NCBI GenBank assembly: GCA_014376785.1
Contig: JACMQW010000014.1
Location: 9,640-73,639, forward strand
DNA from: Oligoflexia bacterium
GTDB lineage: Bacteria; Bdellovibrionota; UBA1018
Reading direction: 5' to 3'
Length of the DNA stretch: 64,000 bases
Part shown: positions 19,141-28,579 of the stretch, in pieces
How positions within the stretch are numbered: the stretch's first letter is position 1
Layout: every line of letters starts with the position of its first letter
Position numbers and translations under genes: made by a program
The notes under the pieces: generated by a model
Database searches by the model: none
The model's input: only the letters and a program-made list of their open reading frames with translations
What the model was told of the DNA's origin: nothing

Positions 19141-19890
19141 ATGCGTAAAATCTATATCATTCCAAACCTCGTCACGACGGCAAACCTCTACTGTGGATTT
19201 TCGTCGATCACCGCCTCGATCCACCATGAATATGTGATCGCCGGGTGGTTCATTCTCGCCGCGGGAATTTTTGACATGCTCGATGGTCGAATCGCTCGAA
19301 TGGCGAAAGCGACTTCCCAGTTCGGGGTCGAGTATGACTCTCTATCCGACCTGGTTTCCTTCGGACTCGCTCCAGCAATCTTACTCTACCAATGGGGCCT
19401 CGAACCCTTCGGTCGCCTCGGTCTGATCGCATCTTTTTTATATGTCTGCTGTGCCGCCCTTCGGCTTGCCCGATTTAACGTGAACACGGCCGTCGTTTCG
19501 AAAGCTTACTTCCAAGGCGTCGCCTCACCGATCGCAGCCGGATCGATTGCGACTTTCATTATTTTCTCAGGAGCCACTGGACTGCCCGAGAGTGAGAACG
19601 CAAGGCAAGTCATCGCTTTCATCCAGGCATTAGCGCTCGCCTCCCTAATGGTCTGCACGATTCCATTCCCTTCTTTCAAAGAGCTCAACTGGCGAGCTCG
19701 TTCGAGCTTTGGCTATCTGATGATCGCAGTGATGTTACTCGTCTTCATCGCGATTCGTCCTGAAATTACTCTTTTTCTTATTTTCACCACCTACTTACTC
19801 GCGAGCCTCATCTGGAACGCTTATCGCCTCGCGACTGGCAAGCCGAGCGTCGTAAAACCACTCGTCGTAAAAGATCAGGCAACCTCGTGA
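19141..19890 (+). CDS. pssA: CDP-diacylglycerol--serine O-phosphatidyltransferase (CDP-alcohol phosphatidyltransferase family)
   Basis: NLVTTANLYCG at the N-terminus and a D-x2-DG-x2-AR...G-x3-D-x3-D motif (DMLDGRIARMAKATSQFGVEYDSLSD). Confidence 0.75.
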   Translation: MRKIYIIPNLVTTANLYCGFSSITASIHHEYVIAGWFILAAGIFDMLDGRIARMAKATSQFGVEYDSLSDLVSFGLAPAILLYQWGLEPFGRLGLIASFLYVCCAALRLARFNVNTAVVSKAYFQGVASPIAAGSIATFIIFSGATGLPESENARQVIAFIQALALASLMVCTIPFPSFKELNWRARSSFGYLMIAVMLLVFIAIRPEITLFLIFTTYLLASLIWNAYRLATGKPSVVKPLVVKDQATS

Positions 19891-20921
19891 AAAAGTCCGG
19901 ACTGAAAATCGCCATCGTCGGTGCCACCGGAGCGGTGGGCAGAGAGATGATCGAAGTTTTAACAACGCGAAAATTTCCCTTCACCGATTTGAAATGCTTT
20001 GCCTCTTCGGTCTCGGTGGGCACCGAACTCGAATGCGGCGGAAAAACTTGGAGCTGTGAAGTTCTTAAACTGGGTTGTTTCGCGGGAGTCGATTTTGCTT
20101 TCTTCGACGCCAGTGACGAGATTTCCCGAGAGTGGGTGAACGAGGCTAGATTAGCGGGTGCCTGTGTGATCGATAATTCCGGAACCTACCGGATGGATCC
20201 AAAGGTCGCGCTCGTGGTTCCCGAAGTGAATGGCTACCATCTCGAATCTCTAAAGAGCAACGCGCGTTCCGGTTCGCTCATTGCGGGCCCGAATTGTACG
20301 ACCATCCAACTCGTGATGACCCTAAAGCCTCTCCATGATGTCTACGGTTTAGAGCGAGTGATCGTCTCGACCTACCAAGCAGTCAGCGGAGCTGGTTCTG
20401 CAGCGGTCGAAGAATTAAAAACTCAGACTGCCGATCTGCTTGCCGGCAAAAAAGCGAATCCGGTTCATTTGAAACATCCGATCGCCTTCAACTGCATCCC
20501 GCAAATCGGCTCTTTTCTTACCGGAGAAGACGACGGCATCACGAGCGAAGAAAAAAAAGTCATTCTGGAAACTCGTAAAATTCTAGACCTCCCAGCGCTG
20601 AGGGTCGCTTGCACTGCGGTTCGAGTTCCCACCGCTGCTGCGCACGCAGAAAGTGTGCTCTGCGAATTTCAACGCGCTCCGGAGCTCGAAGAAGTTCGCA
20701 AAATTCTCTCCGCATTTCCCGGAGTCGAAGTCCGCGATGTTCCGAAAGACGGAATTTATCCGATGAACATCCACAGCGCCGGAAAAGATTCGGTGAGTGT
20801 CGGACGTATTCGTAAAGATCCGACATCGCCGAACGGACTCCAATTTTGGGTCGTCTCAGATAACCTCCGGAAGGGAGCTGCCCTCAATGCCATCCAAATT
20901 GCTGAAGCGATTCTTCGTTAG
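19887..20921 (+). CDS. asd: Aspartate-semialdehyde dehydrogenase
   Basis: KIAIVGATGAVGREMIEVL Rossmann motif and the active-site GPNCTTIQ. 344 aa, with a GTG start. Confidence 0.9.
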   Translation: MKKSGLKIAIVGATGAVGREMIEVLTTRKFPFTDLKCFASSVSVGTELECGGKTWSCEVLKLGCFAGVDFAFFDASDEISREWVNEARLAGACVIDNSGTYRMDPKVALVVPEVNGYHLESLKSNARSGSLIAGPNCTTIQLVMTLKPLHDVYGLERVIVSTYQAVSGAGSAAVEELKTQTADLLAGKKANPVHLKHPIAFNCIPQIGSFLTGEDDGITSEEKKVILETRKILDLPALRVACTAVRVPTAAAHAESVLCEFQRAPELEEVRKILSAFPGVEVRDVPKDGIYPMNIHSAGKDSVSVGRIRKDPTSPNGLQFWVVSDNLRKGAALNAIQIAEAILR

Positions 20922-23121
20922 TCTCACTGGTTTTTTTCTCGTCTGCGGATCGGCGCATGCCTTGACCGTGGCGCCGGAAGGACCGCACACCGTCATCACG
21001 AATGCGGCCGGCGAAAATGCGGTCTATTACCTGGCTTCGAGCTTTACGGGTACGGTCATCAACCCAGCATTCACAAAGATTGATTTTGCGACCAGGCCCC
21101 TGGTTTTTAACGTGGCGGGAGTCGATCCGGCGCAAGGATATTTCTGGGTAGTAGCCGAAGACAAAACCACCTCAACGACTTATTACCCAGTACCCATCAC
21201 TTCATGTAATGCGGGGGTCTTCAATAGTCCGGATGGCCGCTGCGTTTCCGGCACCTACCAGTCGTTCCAAATTTCCTTGAATTTAAACACCATCTGCTCA
21301 AGCACTTATGGGTCCCAATTGCGTGGCTGCTCGAGCGGAACTCCGCAAGTGGATCCGACCCAAAGCGTGCCGGGCCTACGCCTCCGATTTGTGTCTAATA
21401 CCGGCGCACTTCCCGGAGCGACCGGAAAAGACGGATACCTGCTTGCTCTCTTCCCGGAGGTCCGTCCACCGGTGGTCACTGGTTGCGCAGCCGCCCCTGG
21501 ATTTTTTCCGGCAGATCAAGCCATCTTGGTCAATTCGAATTTGCCCACGGTGACTCCGGATATTACCACCGGAGGTTCTCCGAGTTTTCCGAGCTACTGG
21601 ACCTTTGCGGAAATCGGAAACTCGCTCCCCACGAATCCCTTCGACGCAAAAATCACTTTCGGCACTTCTCCGGGAACCGGACAAATCACGGTGAATGGTT
21701 TCAAGAACTCGGCCAGTAATTCAGACAAAACCCTCTATAAGGTCGCTTACGGGGTGCAGGACTCCGCCGGAGCAGTGGGCATGTGCCCTTCAATATCGAA
21801 TGTTTTTGCGACCGACATTCAAGGATTTCTCCAAGAAAGTAATTGTTTCGTCGCGACCGCGAGTTACCGCGATGGCCGCGCCGCTGGGGTGATGCTCTTG
21901 CGACTATTCCGAGATCAGGTCTTGGTCGAGTCGAGCGCAGGCCGATCGTTCATCGGATGGTATTACACAAACGGTCCGATTGCTGCGAACTGGCTGATCG
22001 AGCATTCGGTTTTTCGCTCGGTTTTCTTAAGTTTGCTCATTCCACTTCAAGTGGTCGCTTGGACCGCACTGCACCCTTCTGTTTTATTCATTCCGCTTTC
22101 CGCCTTTCTGTTGCTCGCAGTTTTTCTTTTCGGCAATCGGAGAAAAAAGACTGTCCTTCTCATGGTCGCTTTGGCACTCACGGGCTCGCTCACCCTCCGA
22201 CCGGTGCAAAGCGCTCGGGCTAATCAGCAACCCTACATCGATTCTCTGGTGAGCGGGCTAGCCGCGGAAACTTACGTCCCCCAAAAAAGCGGCGATTCGC
22301 CCTACATCGACTCGATCCGCGCGAAGGCTGGTAAAAACGAATCATCAGAAGGTTACACTGACTCTCTGAAAAAAGAGATGGCGCCGACCGATGGATCGAA
22401 AAATTACGGCGAAAATCTGCAGAAAACTCTGCCCCCTAATAATGGCAGCGCAATCGAAGATTACCGAAACGGAAAAAAATTAAAGCCAAACAAAGGCACG
22501 TTGGAAACCCGTAACGCATTCGGATTTAAGATCCTCGCCTCTGCAAACCGCACCTACACCGCCGGCGCAAACCAAGATATCGCTTACGAATCTGTCTACG
22601 GAAACGGCTGGGTTCCCGACTTCTCCTTTCACTACGAATACCGCCCTTTCACGAGCGACCTCTTAAAAAAATTCGGCCTCTACTCAAGCCTCGGAACGAG
22701 CTTTACGAAAGCAAAAGGTCGGCTGAAATTTGTCGTGCCGCCCTTCGATACAGCCACCGAGTCTAAGACCCAGTTTAAATTTATTGCCGTTCCCGTGAAT
22801 GTGGGACTGATCTACCGATTTAATCTGTCCAATTTCGTATACCCCTATTTCGGCGCAGGTCCTTCCGCGATCGGATTCATCGAAAATCGGAATGACAAAG
22901 TGAAAGGCCAGAAGGGTCATGACTTTGGATATTGGTACACATTTGGTGCAGCCTTCGGGCTCGACTGGATTTCTCCGAGCAGTTCTTGGAACCAATATGA
23001 AACAGGCGGGATCAAGCATAGTTACATCACTCTCGATTACAGCCGACTCGAATCTTTAAGTGGCGGCCTGGTCGATTTTACTGTCGACGGCGTGGAAATC
23101 GGATTCACGTTTGAGCTCTAG
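20887..23121 (+). CDS. Large secreted/membrane protein of unknown function: signal peptide, Cys-containing N-terminal domain, a CFVATASYRD...LRLFRD motif followed by hydrophobic helices, and a beta-barrel-like C-terminal domain
   Basis: Start assigned to the internal MPSKLLKRFFVSLTGFFLVCGSAHA signal peptide (ATG 20887, overlapping the asd end by 35 bp; TTG at 20899 is an alternative). 744 aa from that start. C-terminus is ...VEIGFTFEL. Confidence 0.5.
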   Translation: MPSKLLKRFFVSLTGFFLVCGSAHALTVAPEGPHTVITNAAGENAVYYLASSFTGTVINPAFTKIDFATRPLVFNVAGVDPAQGYFWVVAEDKTTSTTYYPVPITSCNAGVFNSPDGRCVSGTYQSFQISLNLNTICSSTYGSQLRGCSSGTPQVDPTQSVPGLRLRFVSNTGALPGATGKDGYLLALFPEVRPPVVTGCAAAPGFFPADQAILVNSNLPTVTPDITTGGSPSFPSYWTFAEIGNSLPTNPFDAKITFGTSPGTGQITVNGFKNSASNSDKTLYKVAYGVQDSAGAVGMCPSISNVFATDIQGFLQESNCFVATASYRDGRAAGVMLLRLFRDQVLVESSAGRSFIGWYYTNGPIAANWLIEHSVFRSVFLSLLIPLQVVAWTALHPSVLFIPLSAFLLLAVFLFGNRRKKTVLLMVALALTGSLTLRPVQSARANQQPYIDSLVSGLAAETYVPQKSGDSPYIDSIRAKAGKNESSEGYTDSLKKEMAPTDGSKNYGENLQKTLPPNNGSAIEDYRNGKKLKPNKGTLETRNAFGFKILASANRTYTAGANQDIAYESVYGNGWVPDFSFHYEYRPFTSDLLKKFGLYSSLGTSFTKAKGRLKFVVPPFDTATESKTQFKFIAVPVNVGLIYRFNLSNFVYPYFGAGPSAIGFIENRNDKVKGQKGHDFGYWYTFGAAFGLDWISPSSSWNQYETGGIKHSYITLDYSRLESLSGGLVDFTVDGVEIGFTFEL

Positions 23122-24049
23122 AGCCGGCGTTCGAAAATACGCCGCTCTCATTTCTTACGTTGGCACCCGCTACAGCGGATGGCAGACCCAGGCGCATGCG
23201 AGTGGTCACGACGCAAGCATCCAAGAAACGCTGGAAAAGACACTCGAAAGAATGATCGATCAGCGTGTCCATTGGCAGGCTAGCGGGCGCACCGATGCCG
23301 GCGTTCATGCGATGGGACAGGTCGCAAACTTCTCGATCGATTGGCACTTCGGCAAACGAGCCGGGAAGCCGGAAATCACTCCCTATCACCTGATGCGAGG
23401 GCTAAATACCCACCTCCCGCCTGAAATCCGAGTGCTGGATGTGAGGAAAGCGCCTCCGCGGTTTCACGCCCAAATCGGCGCATTGAAAAAACAATATTCC
23501 TATTACATCCAAACCGGCCGTGCTCCGTCTGCCCTTCACGCTCCCTTCTCTCGATTCCATGCCGGGCCGTTCGACATCGCGGCCATGAACAAATCGATCC
23601 AGCACCTTCTTGGCGAGCATGACTACAAACCTTTTCAAGCCGCCGGTTCAAAAGTGATGAAGACGACGGTTCGCTCTATTCTCGAAGCCGACGTGAAAGA
23701 GTGCGGAATGGGTGAGGTCTTTCCCTCTCCCCTAGACCAGTTGAAAATGATTCGCATTCGAGTCGTGGGCACCGGCTTTCTTCGCCACATGGTTCGCGGA
23801 ATTGCCGGTACGCTCATACAAGTCGGTACGGGCGCGCGATTGGAAAACATTATGGGCGAGATTCTCGCTCGCCAGGACCGCTCCCTGGTAGGCCCTACGG
23901 CATCGCCTCAAGGCCTTTGGTTAGAGCGGGTTTGGTATCCTGACCTGGATTTTAATCAACCCGCTCAGGAGGATTTCGGACCCGAATCAGAAGATGATTT
24001 CACAAATCCCGAACACATTGAAAAGAACGATCTGCTGTCGGGGGAATAA
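23111..24049 (+). CDS. truA: tRNA pseudouridine(38-40) synthase
   Basis: LISYVGTRYSGWQTQ and RTDAGVHAMGQV catalytic-Asp motifs. A likely TTG start at 23111 is chosen over the ORF-track ATG at 23060 to limit the overlap with the upstream gene. Confidence 0.85.
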   Translation: MSSRAGVRKYAALISYVGTRYSGWQTQAHASGHDASIQETLEKTLERMIDQRVHWQASGRTDAGVHAMGQVANFSIDWHFGKRAGKPEITPYHLMRGLNTHLPPEIRVLDVRKAPPRFHAQIGALKKQYSYYIQTGRAPSALHAPFSRFHAGPFDIAAMNKSIQHLLGEHDYKPFQAAGSKVMKTTVRSILEADVKECGMGEVFPSPLDQLKMIRIRVVGTGFLRHMVRGIAGTLIQVGTGARLENIMGEILARQDRSLVGPTASPQGLWLERVWYPDLDFNQPAQEDFGPESEDDFTNPEHIEKNDLLSGE

Positions 24050-24143
24050 CTCGCTGCGTATCGACTCCTTTCCGAACACCGGATGAAGGACAGCCCCTCG
24101 AAAACCCTGGAAACTCGGCTTTAATCCCGCTAGAACGGGTTTT

Positions 24144-25508
24144 ATGAATATTTCTGTATCTGTCGAAAAAGCGTCGAACATTAGCCGTAAACTCACGATC
24201 AAAGTCCCGGCGGATATCGTCGCGGCTCGGTTCGAGAAAGGCCTTCAGGAAGTCGCGCGTACCGCGAAAATCAAAGGCTTCCGTCCTGGAATGGTTCCCT
24301 TGCCGATGGTGAAAAAGTTTTACGGTGAAGACGTTCGCCACAACGTTTTCCACAAACTCATCGATGAATCTTACGCCGTAGCCCTTCGCCAAGAAAAAAT
24401 TCAAGCGATCGGCCAACCCCAAATCGACACACCGGAGTCGAAGGCTGCAGCTAAACCTGGACATGAAGGCCACGATCACGATGACCACTCCGGACACATC
24501 CTCGATGAAACGAAAGAACTGACTTTCACAGCCACTGTCGAAGTGATGCCGGAAATCGATGTGAAATCTTACACCGGACTTTCCGTTTCTCGCGGCAGCG
24601 ATGCGATCAGCACCGCCGACCATGAGAAGAACATGAACGACATGTTGGCATCCCAAGCCTCTCTCGAACCTACGGCAGACGACTACGGCGCAGCCAAAGC
24701 GGATTTCGTCGACCTGGAATTTAAGGGAGGCCTGATCACGGACAAAGGAATCGAAGAGCGCGCCGGAATGAGCGGCCAACGCATGATCGAAATTGGCTCC
24801 GACCAACTGATCGAAGGGTTCGAAGACAATTTGATCGGAATGAAAAAAGGCGAAAAGAAAACCTTTAAAGTGCCTTTCCCAGCAGACTATTTCGAGAAAG
24901 ACTTAGCCGGGAAAATGTCGGAATTCAGCGTCACGGTTCATGAAGTGAAGAAGAAATCGCTTCCGGCGCTTGATGATGAGCTTGCAAAGCAACTCGGATT
25001 TGAAAGCGTCGAGGACTTGAAATCTAAGTCCAAAGCGAATCTGGAAACTGAAAAGAAGGGCGAAGTAGAACGCAAGTTCCGCAGCGACCTGCTCGCTCAG
25101 CTAATTGAAAAGAATACCTTCGATGTTCCCCAGAGCATGATTCAGGCGCAAACGCGTGCGCTCGCTCAAGACGTCGCATCGAACTTGAAAAATCAAGGTT
25201 TTAACGACGCTATGATTCAAGAAGCGCTGATGAGCGAAATGCAAAACCTTAAAGTTCGCGCAGAAAATCAGGTCCGCGCTTCTTTGATCTTAGAAGCCAT
25301 TTCGAAAAAAGAAAAACTCGATGTGTCTTCGACTGACGTAGACGCTGAGATCACTCAAATGGCGAAGAACATGAACGTGGATGAAACAAAGATTCGTGAG
25401 TTTTACCTCGCGAATCCTCGCCGTCGTGAAGACCTCGAATTCCGCGTTCGAGAAGAAAAAACGATGAAGTTTCTCACTGAGAAATCGAAAATCAAGCAAG
25501 AGAAGTAA
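24144..25508 (+). CDS. tig: Trigger factor
   Basis: N-terminal ribosome-binding domain (KLTIKVPADIV...GFRPGMVP). 454 aa. Carries a His-rich insert, GHEGHDHDDHSGH. Confidence 0.9.
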   Translation: MNISVSVEKASNISRKLTIKVPADIVAARFEKGLQEVARTAKIKGFRPGMVPLPMVKKFYGEDVRHNVFHKLIDESYAVALRQEKIQAIGQPQIDTPESKAAAKPGHEGHDHDDHSGHILDETKELTFTATVEVMPEIDVKSYTGLSVSRGSDAISTADHEKNMNDMLASQASLEPTADDYGAAKADFVDLEFKGGLITDKGIEERAGMSGQRMIEIGSDQLIEGFEDNLIGMKKGEKKTFKVPFPADYFEKDLAGKMSEFSVTVHEVKKKSLPALDDELAKQLGFESVEDLKSKSKANLETEKKGEVERKFRSDLLAQLIEKNTFDVPQSMIQAQTRALAQDVASNLKNQGFNDAMIQEALMSEMQNLKVRAENQVRASLILEAISKKEKLDVSSTDVDAEITQMAKNMNVDETKIREFYLANPRRREDLEFRVREEKTMKFLTEKSKIKQEK

Positions 25509-25601
25509 AATTACGGAGGCCCCGAAGGTGTCTCGTCCTCGGGGCCTCCCGCCTGAATCCGGTTTTGGATACGCATATCCGGATTCTGACTTCCCGTAAT
25601 T
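25509..25601. terminator. Multi-hairpin intergenic element between convergent tig and a minus-strand gene, a probable bidirectional terminator
   Basis: A GC-rich hairpin GGAGGCCCCGA...TCGGGGCCTCC (25515-25549), a second hairpin GAATCCGG...CCGGATTC (25555-25586), and an enclosing stem AATTACGG/CCGTAATT. Confidence 0.5.
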
Positions 25602-25786
25602 TTCCAGCTTGTTCGCGCCGTAACCCCCGTCCGCGCGTCTTACCCGATGCCTGACAATCAGTATAAAGCAACGCGCATGCCCGCCCATTCGGAGCTAAAA
25701 CCGACTAGGTGGAACACAACCGTCGATCTCTTCGACGCTTCCGAAAATTGTCAGGGCCGCTCAGCGCGCGTGTGTCGCGGCTAACC

Positions 25787-26185
25787 CTATTCCGAGTCGA
25801 CTTTGGCGGGTAGCGAATCTGAAACACAGCCACCGACTAAATTTTGATGCCCCGTCCAGGTGACCTCATAAGGAAATACGGTGCCCGACATTCCGTCGGA
25901 GCCTTGGTGATTCAGGAGAAGTTTCTGAATGATTTTCCCAGAAGCTATTCTTAGCTGAAAAACTCCCGAGTCCTTAATTTCCAAACGAACGCTTTTAACG
26001 ACTGTTTTAAAGACTTTTGGATATTGCGAGAAAGAGTCAACCACGGTGAATGTTTGATTCACCATATTGTACTCCGTTGAGAGAAATGGCTCGGTAAAAC
26101 TACAGCGAATTCGGTCGGCTTTAGCCGCGGGGATAAATCTGGAAGTGAGCATCAAAGCGAAAACAAGGATTGGAACGAACTTCAT
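25787..26185 (-). CDS. Small secreted hypothetical protein
   Basis: Start assigned to the internal MKFVPILVFALMLTSRFIPAAKA signal peptide (ATG at 26185). The longer ORF-track start at 26380 would run into the upstream gene. Confidence 0.45.
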   Translation of the reverse strand: MKFVPILVFALMLTSRFIPAAKADRIRCSFTEPFLSTEYNMVNQTFTVVDSFSQYPKVFKTVVKSVRLEIKDSGVFQLRIASGKIIQKLLLNHQGSDGMSGTVFPYEVTWTGHQNLVGGCVSDSLPAKVDSE

Positions 26186-26291
26186 AAAATCTCCAATATG
26201 AGAAAACAGGCCGTCTTTAACTATTCTTCGTCGAATGTTAATCGCAGAAAGTGGGCACCCGCTGCAAGTTAGATTCAGCTGAAGTGAGCCG

Positions 26292-27332
26292 TCACTCTCG
26301 ACGAGCAAACTCGGGCAGCTCGCGAGCGGATCCTGAACCCTGATCAGGCACGATTTGAATTTTTTGCGCGGCAGAAGCAAAACCGTTTTTCTTCATGGCC
26401 TCGATCACTGCAGCAATGACATTGGATCCGATGCGGAATTGGCGAGGATACTCATCAATCGTGTACGAGCAGCGAAACACCAACCACGATTCCGTGGTTT
26501 CTCGAATCCAGACGTAGGGAGTCGGGACTGCGCGCACGCCTTCTGCCGATTGGAGCGCTCCGAGTAGCACCGCTTTCATCTCCGCAAGGTCCGCAGTGTA
26601 CGGCAATCGAAAATTTTGGCCGCGCCAGATGGGCGTTCGGCGTGCGCTGAAATTCGAAATTTCCGACGCCGCCATCAGCCGGTTTGGGAGAATGAGCAAT
26701 TCGTCGAAAAGTCCAATCAGAGTGGTCGCGCGCCAAGTGATCTCCTCGACTTGTCCGACATAGGTTTGGCCACTCGTCATGATTTCGACCCAGTGGCCGA
26801 TTTCATAGGGTTTGTCCAATTGAAGCGCAACTCCGGCAAACAAGTTTCCAATCGTGTCTTGGAGCGCAAGACCGAGAATTAACGAAAAAACGGCAGAAGT
26901 CGCAAGCACTGGCGCGAGGCGAATTCCAAAAATTTCCGTCGCAAACCATCCCGCGATCCCAATCGACAGAAGGAGCGAAAAGAGATTCACGATTAAAACC
27001 GGAACCCCTTCTTTCATGTGACCCAGAAAAAGGTACTCGAACATAAAAATTCGAGAACACTTCACGAAGACAATGGCGCCACTCACTAAAGTGGCCAGAC
27101 CGAAATAGGAAGCGAGTCGTTCATTCGGGCCGCCCAGTGCCACACCTTTTTCAGTGAGAACATAAGCGATAAAGAGAATGGCGAAGATCGCCAGATGAGC
27201 GAGAAGATTCAAAAATAGCGCCCGGAGGTTTCGGTGTCGAATCGGTGAGGCGTCGCGAAGCAATATTTTATAAATCAGCCAAGCGCCGATCGAAAGACCC
27301 ACCAACATGAGAACCGGCTCGAACTGAATCAT
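26292..27332 (-). CDS. Small-conductance mechanosensitive channel (MscS family)
   Basis: MscS signature LGLALQDTIGNLFAGVALQLDKPYEIGHWVEI with three N-terminal TM helices. Start set at MIQFEPV (27332) to avoid overlapping the upstream gene. Confidence 0.8.
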   Translation of the reverse strand: MIQFEPVLMLVGLSIGAWLIYKILLRDASPIRHRNLRALFLNLLAHLAIFAILFIAYVLTEKGVALGGPNERLASYFGLATLVSGAIVFVKCSRIFMFEYLFLGHMKEGVPVLIVNLFSLLLSIGIAGWFATEIFGIRLAPVLATSAVFSLILGLALQDTIGNLFAGVALQLDKPYEIGHWVEIMTSGQTYVGQVEEITWRATTLIGLFDELLILPNRLMAASEISNFSARRTPIWRGQNFRLPYTADLAEMKAVLLGALQSAEGVRAVPTPYVWIRETTESWLVFRCSYTIDEYPRQFRIGSNVIAAVIEAMKKNGFASAAQKIQIVPDQGSGSARELPEFARRE

Positions 27333-27379
27333 GGATTCGATGGGAGCCAGAGGAATCCAGGGTTGACCTAATTTCGAAT

Positions 27380-28579
27380 TCAAGAATTTCCTTTCAGCCG
27401 CGAATGACCGCGGAGGTAGCTCGCAAAAAACCAAATGTAAGCGTAGCAAATCACCGGCAAGATAAACGACCAACGGAGTTCGTAGGAATCCGCTAGGAAA
27501 CCCTGGGTGAGCGGAACCACGGCTCCTCCCACGATCGCCATGCAGAGCAGACCAGATGCCTTCTCGGTACCCCGTTTAAGACCCTCGATACTTTGGGAGA
27601 AAATCGTCGGGAACATAATCGAGTTGAAGAAGCCGACGCAGAGAATGGCACCCATTGCGAACGCGCCGGAAGAAAGCACGGAGAGGATCACGAGAGAAAG
27701 GGCAAACGTGGCGAATATTTGGAGGATAGTGGACGGTCGGTACCTTGCGAGAAGCGGGGTAACGAGAAATCTCCCGACCATGGCCCCTCCCCAGTAAAAC
27801 GACACGTACCTTCCCGCTACGTCCGGCGCGAGCGAAAGCACTCGCTCGGTTCCGAGGTAATTAATGAGAAAACTTCCGACCGCGACTTCGGCGCCGACGT
27901 AAGCAAAGATTCCGGCGGTACCCAACATCAATTTCCGGTTGGAGAAAAGTTCAGACCAAGGGACATCCGCGGATGCGTTGGAATTAAAAGAGGGGAAATT
28001 CACGACTGAAACGAAAATCGCGAGTCCGATGAGTGAAAGTGCGATCACCAAATACGGAATCTGGACCGAATTCACCGATTGGTTCGAGAGGATGAAATAG
28101 GATCCAACGAGCGGTGCCAACGTGGTGCCGAGAGAATTAAACGCCTGCACCAGAGTGAGTCGGCTCGACGCCGTCTCCGGAGGTCCGAGTAAGGTCACAT
28201 ACGGATTCGCTGCCACCTGAATGAGCGTGATCCCGGCGGCTAGAACAAAAAATGAACAGAGGAAAAGAGGAAAGGAATGAAAGGATGCGGATCCCAAGAA
28301 TCCAAATGCGCCCAAGGAAGTGATCGCTAGTCCAGTGAACAGCCCGCTCTGATAACCCTTCTGCTCACAAAACTTCGAGGAAGGAATTGAAAACACAAAA
28401 TAAGACGAAAAGAACGCGAACTGGACGAGGATGGCTTCTGAATAGCTGAGGGTAAAGAGTTGCTTCAGATGGGGAACCAACACGTCGTTCATGCACGTGA
28501 TGAATCCAAAGAGGAAAAAGAGACTCGCGATCATCATGAGCGACCGAGAGTAAGGATTTTTCTGAAGCGATTTATTCAT
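27380..28579 (-). CDS. MFS sugar:H+ symporter of the FucP/GluP (glucose/galactose) family
   Basis: N-terminal FFLFGFITCMNDVLVPHLK, which matches the FucP/GluP family motif. 12 TM. 399 aa. Confidence 0.8.
   Translation of the reverse strand: MNKSLQKNPYSRSLMMIASLFFLFGFITCMNDVLVPHLKQLFTLSYSEAILVQFAFFSSYFVFSIPSSKFCEQKGYQSGLFTGLAITSLGAFGFLGSASFHSFPLFLCSFFVLAAGITLIQVAANPYVTLLGPPETASSRLTLVQAFNSLGTTLAPLVGSYFILSNQSVNSVQIPYLVIALSLIGLAIFVSVVNFPSFNSNASADVPWSELFSNRKLMLGTAGIFAYVGAEVAVGSFLINYLGTERVLSLAPDVAGRYVSFYWGGAMVGRFLVTPLLARYRPSTILQIFATFALSLVILSVLSSGAFAMGAILCVGFFNSIMFPTIFSQSIEGLKRGTEKASGLLCMAIVGGAVVPLTQGFLADSYELRWSFILPVICYAYIWFFASYLRGHSRLKGNS

Noticed and set aside
24000-24806. 268-aa ORF antisense to tig
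   Set aside because: Overlaps the conserved trigger-factor N-terminal domain on the opposite strand. It looks like a shadow ORF.
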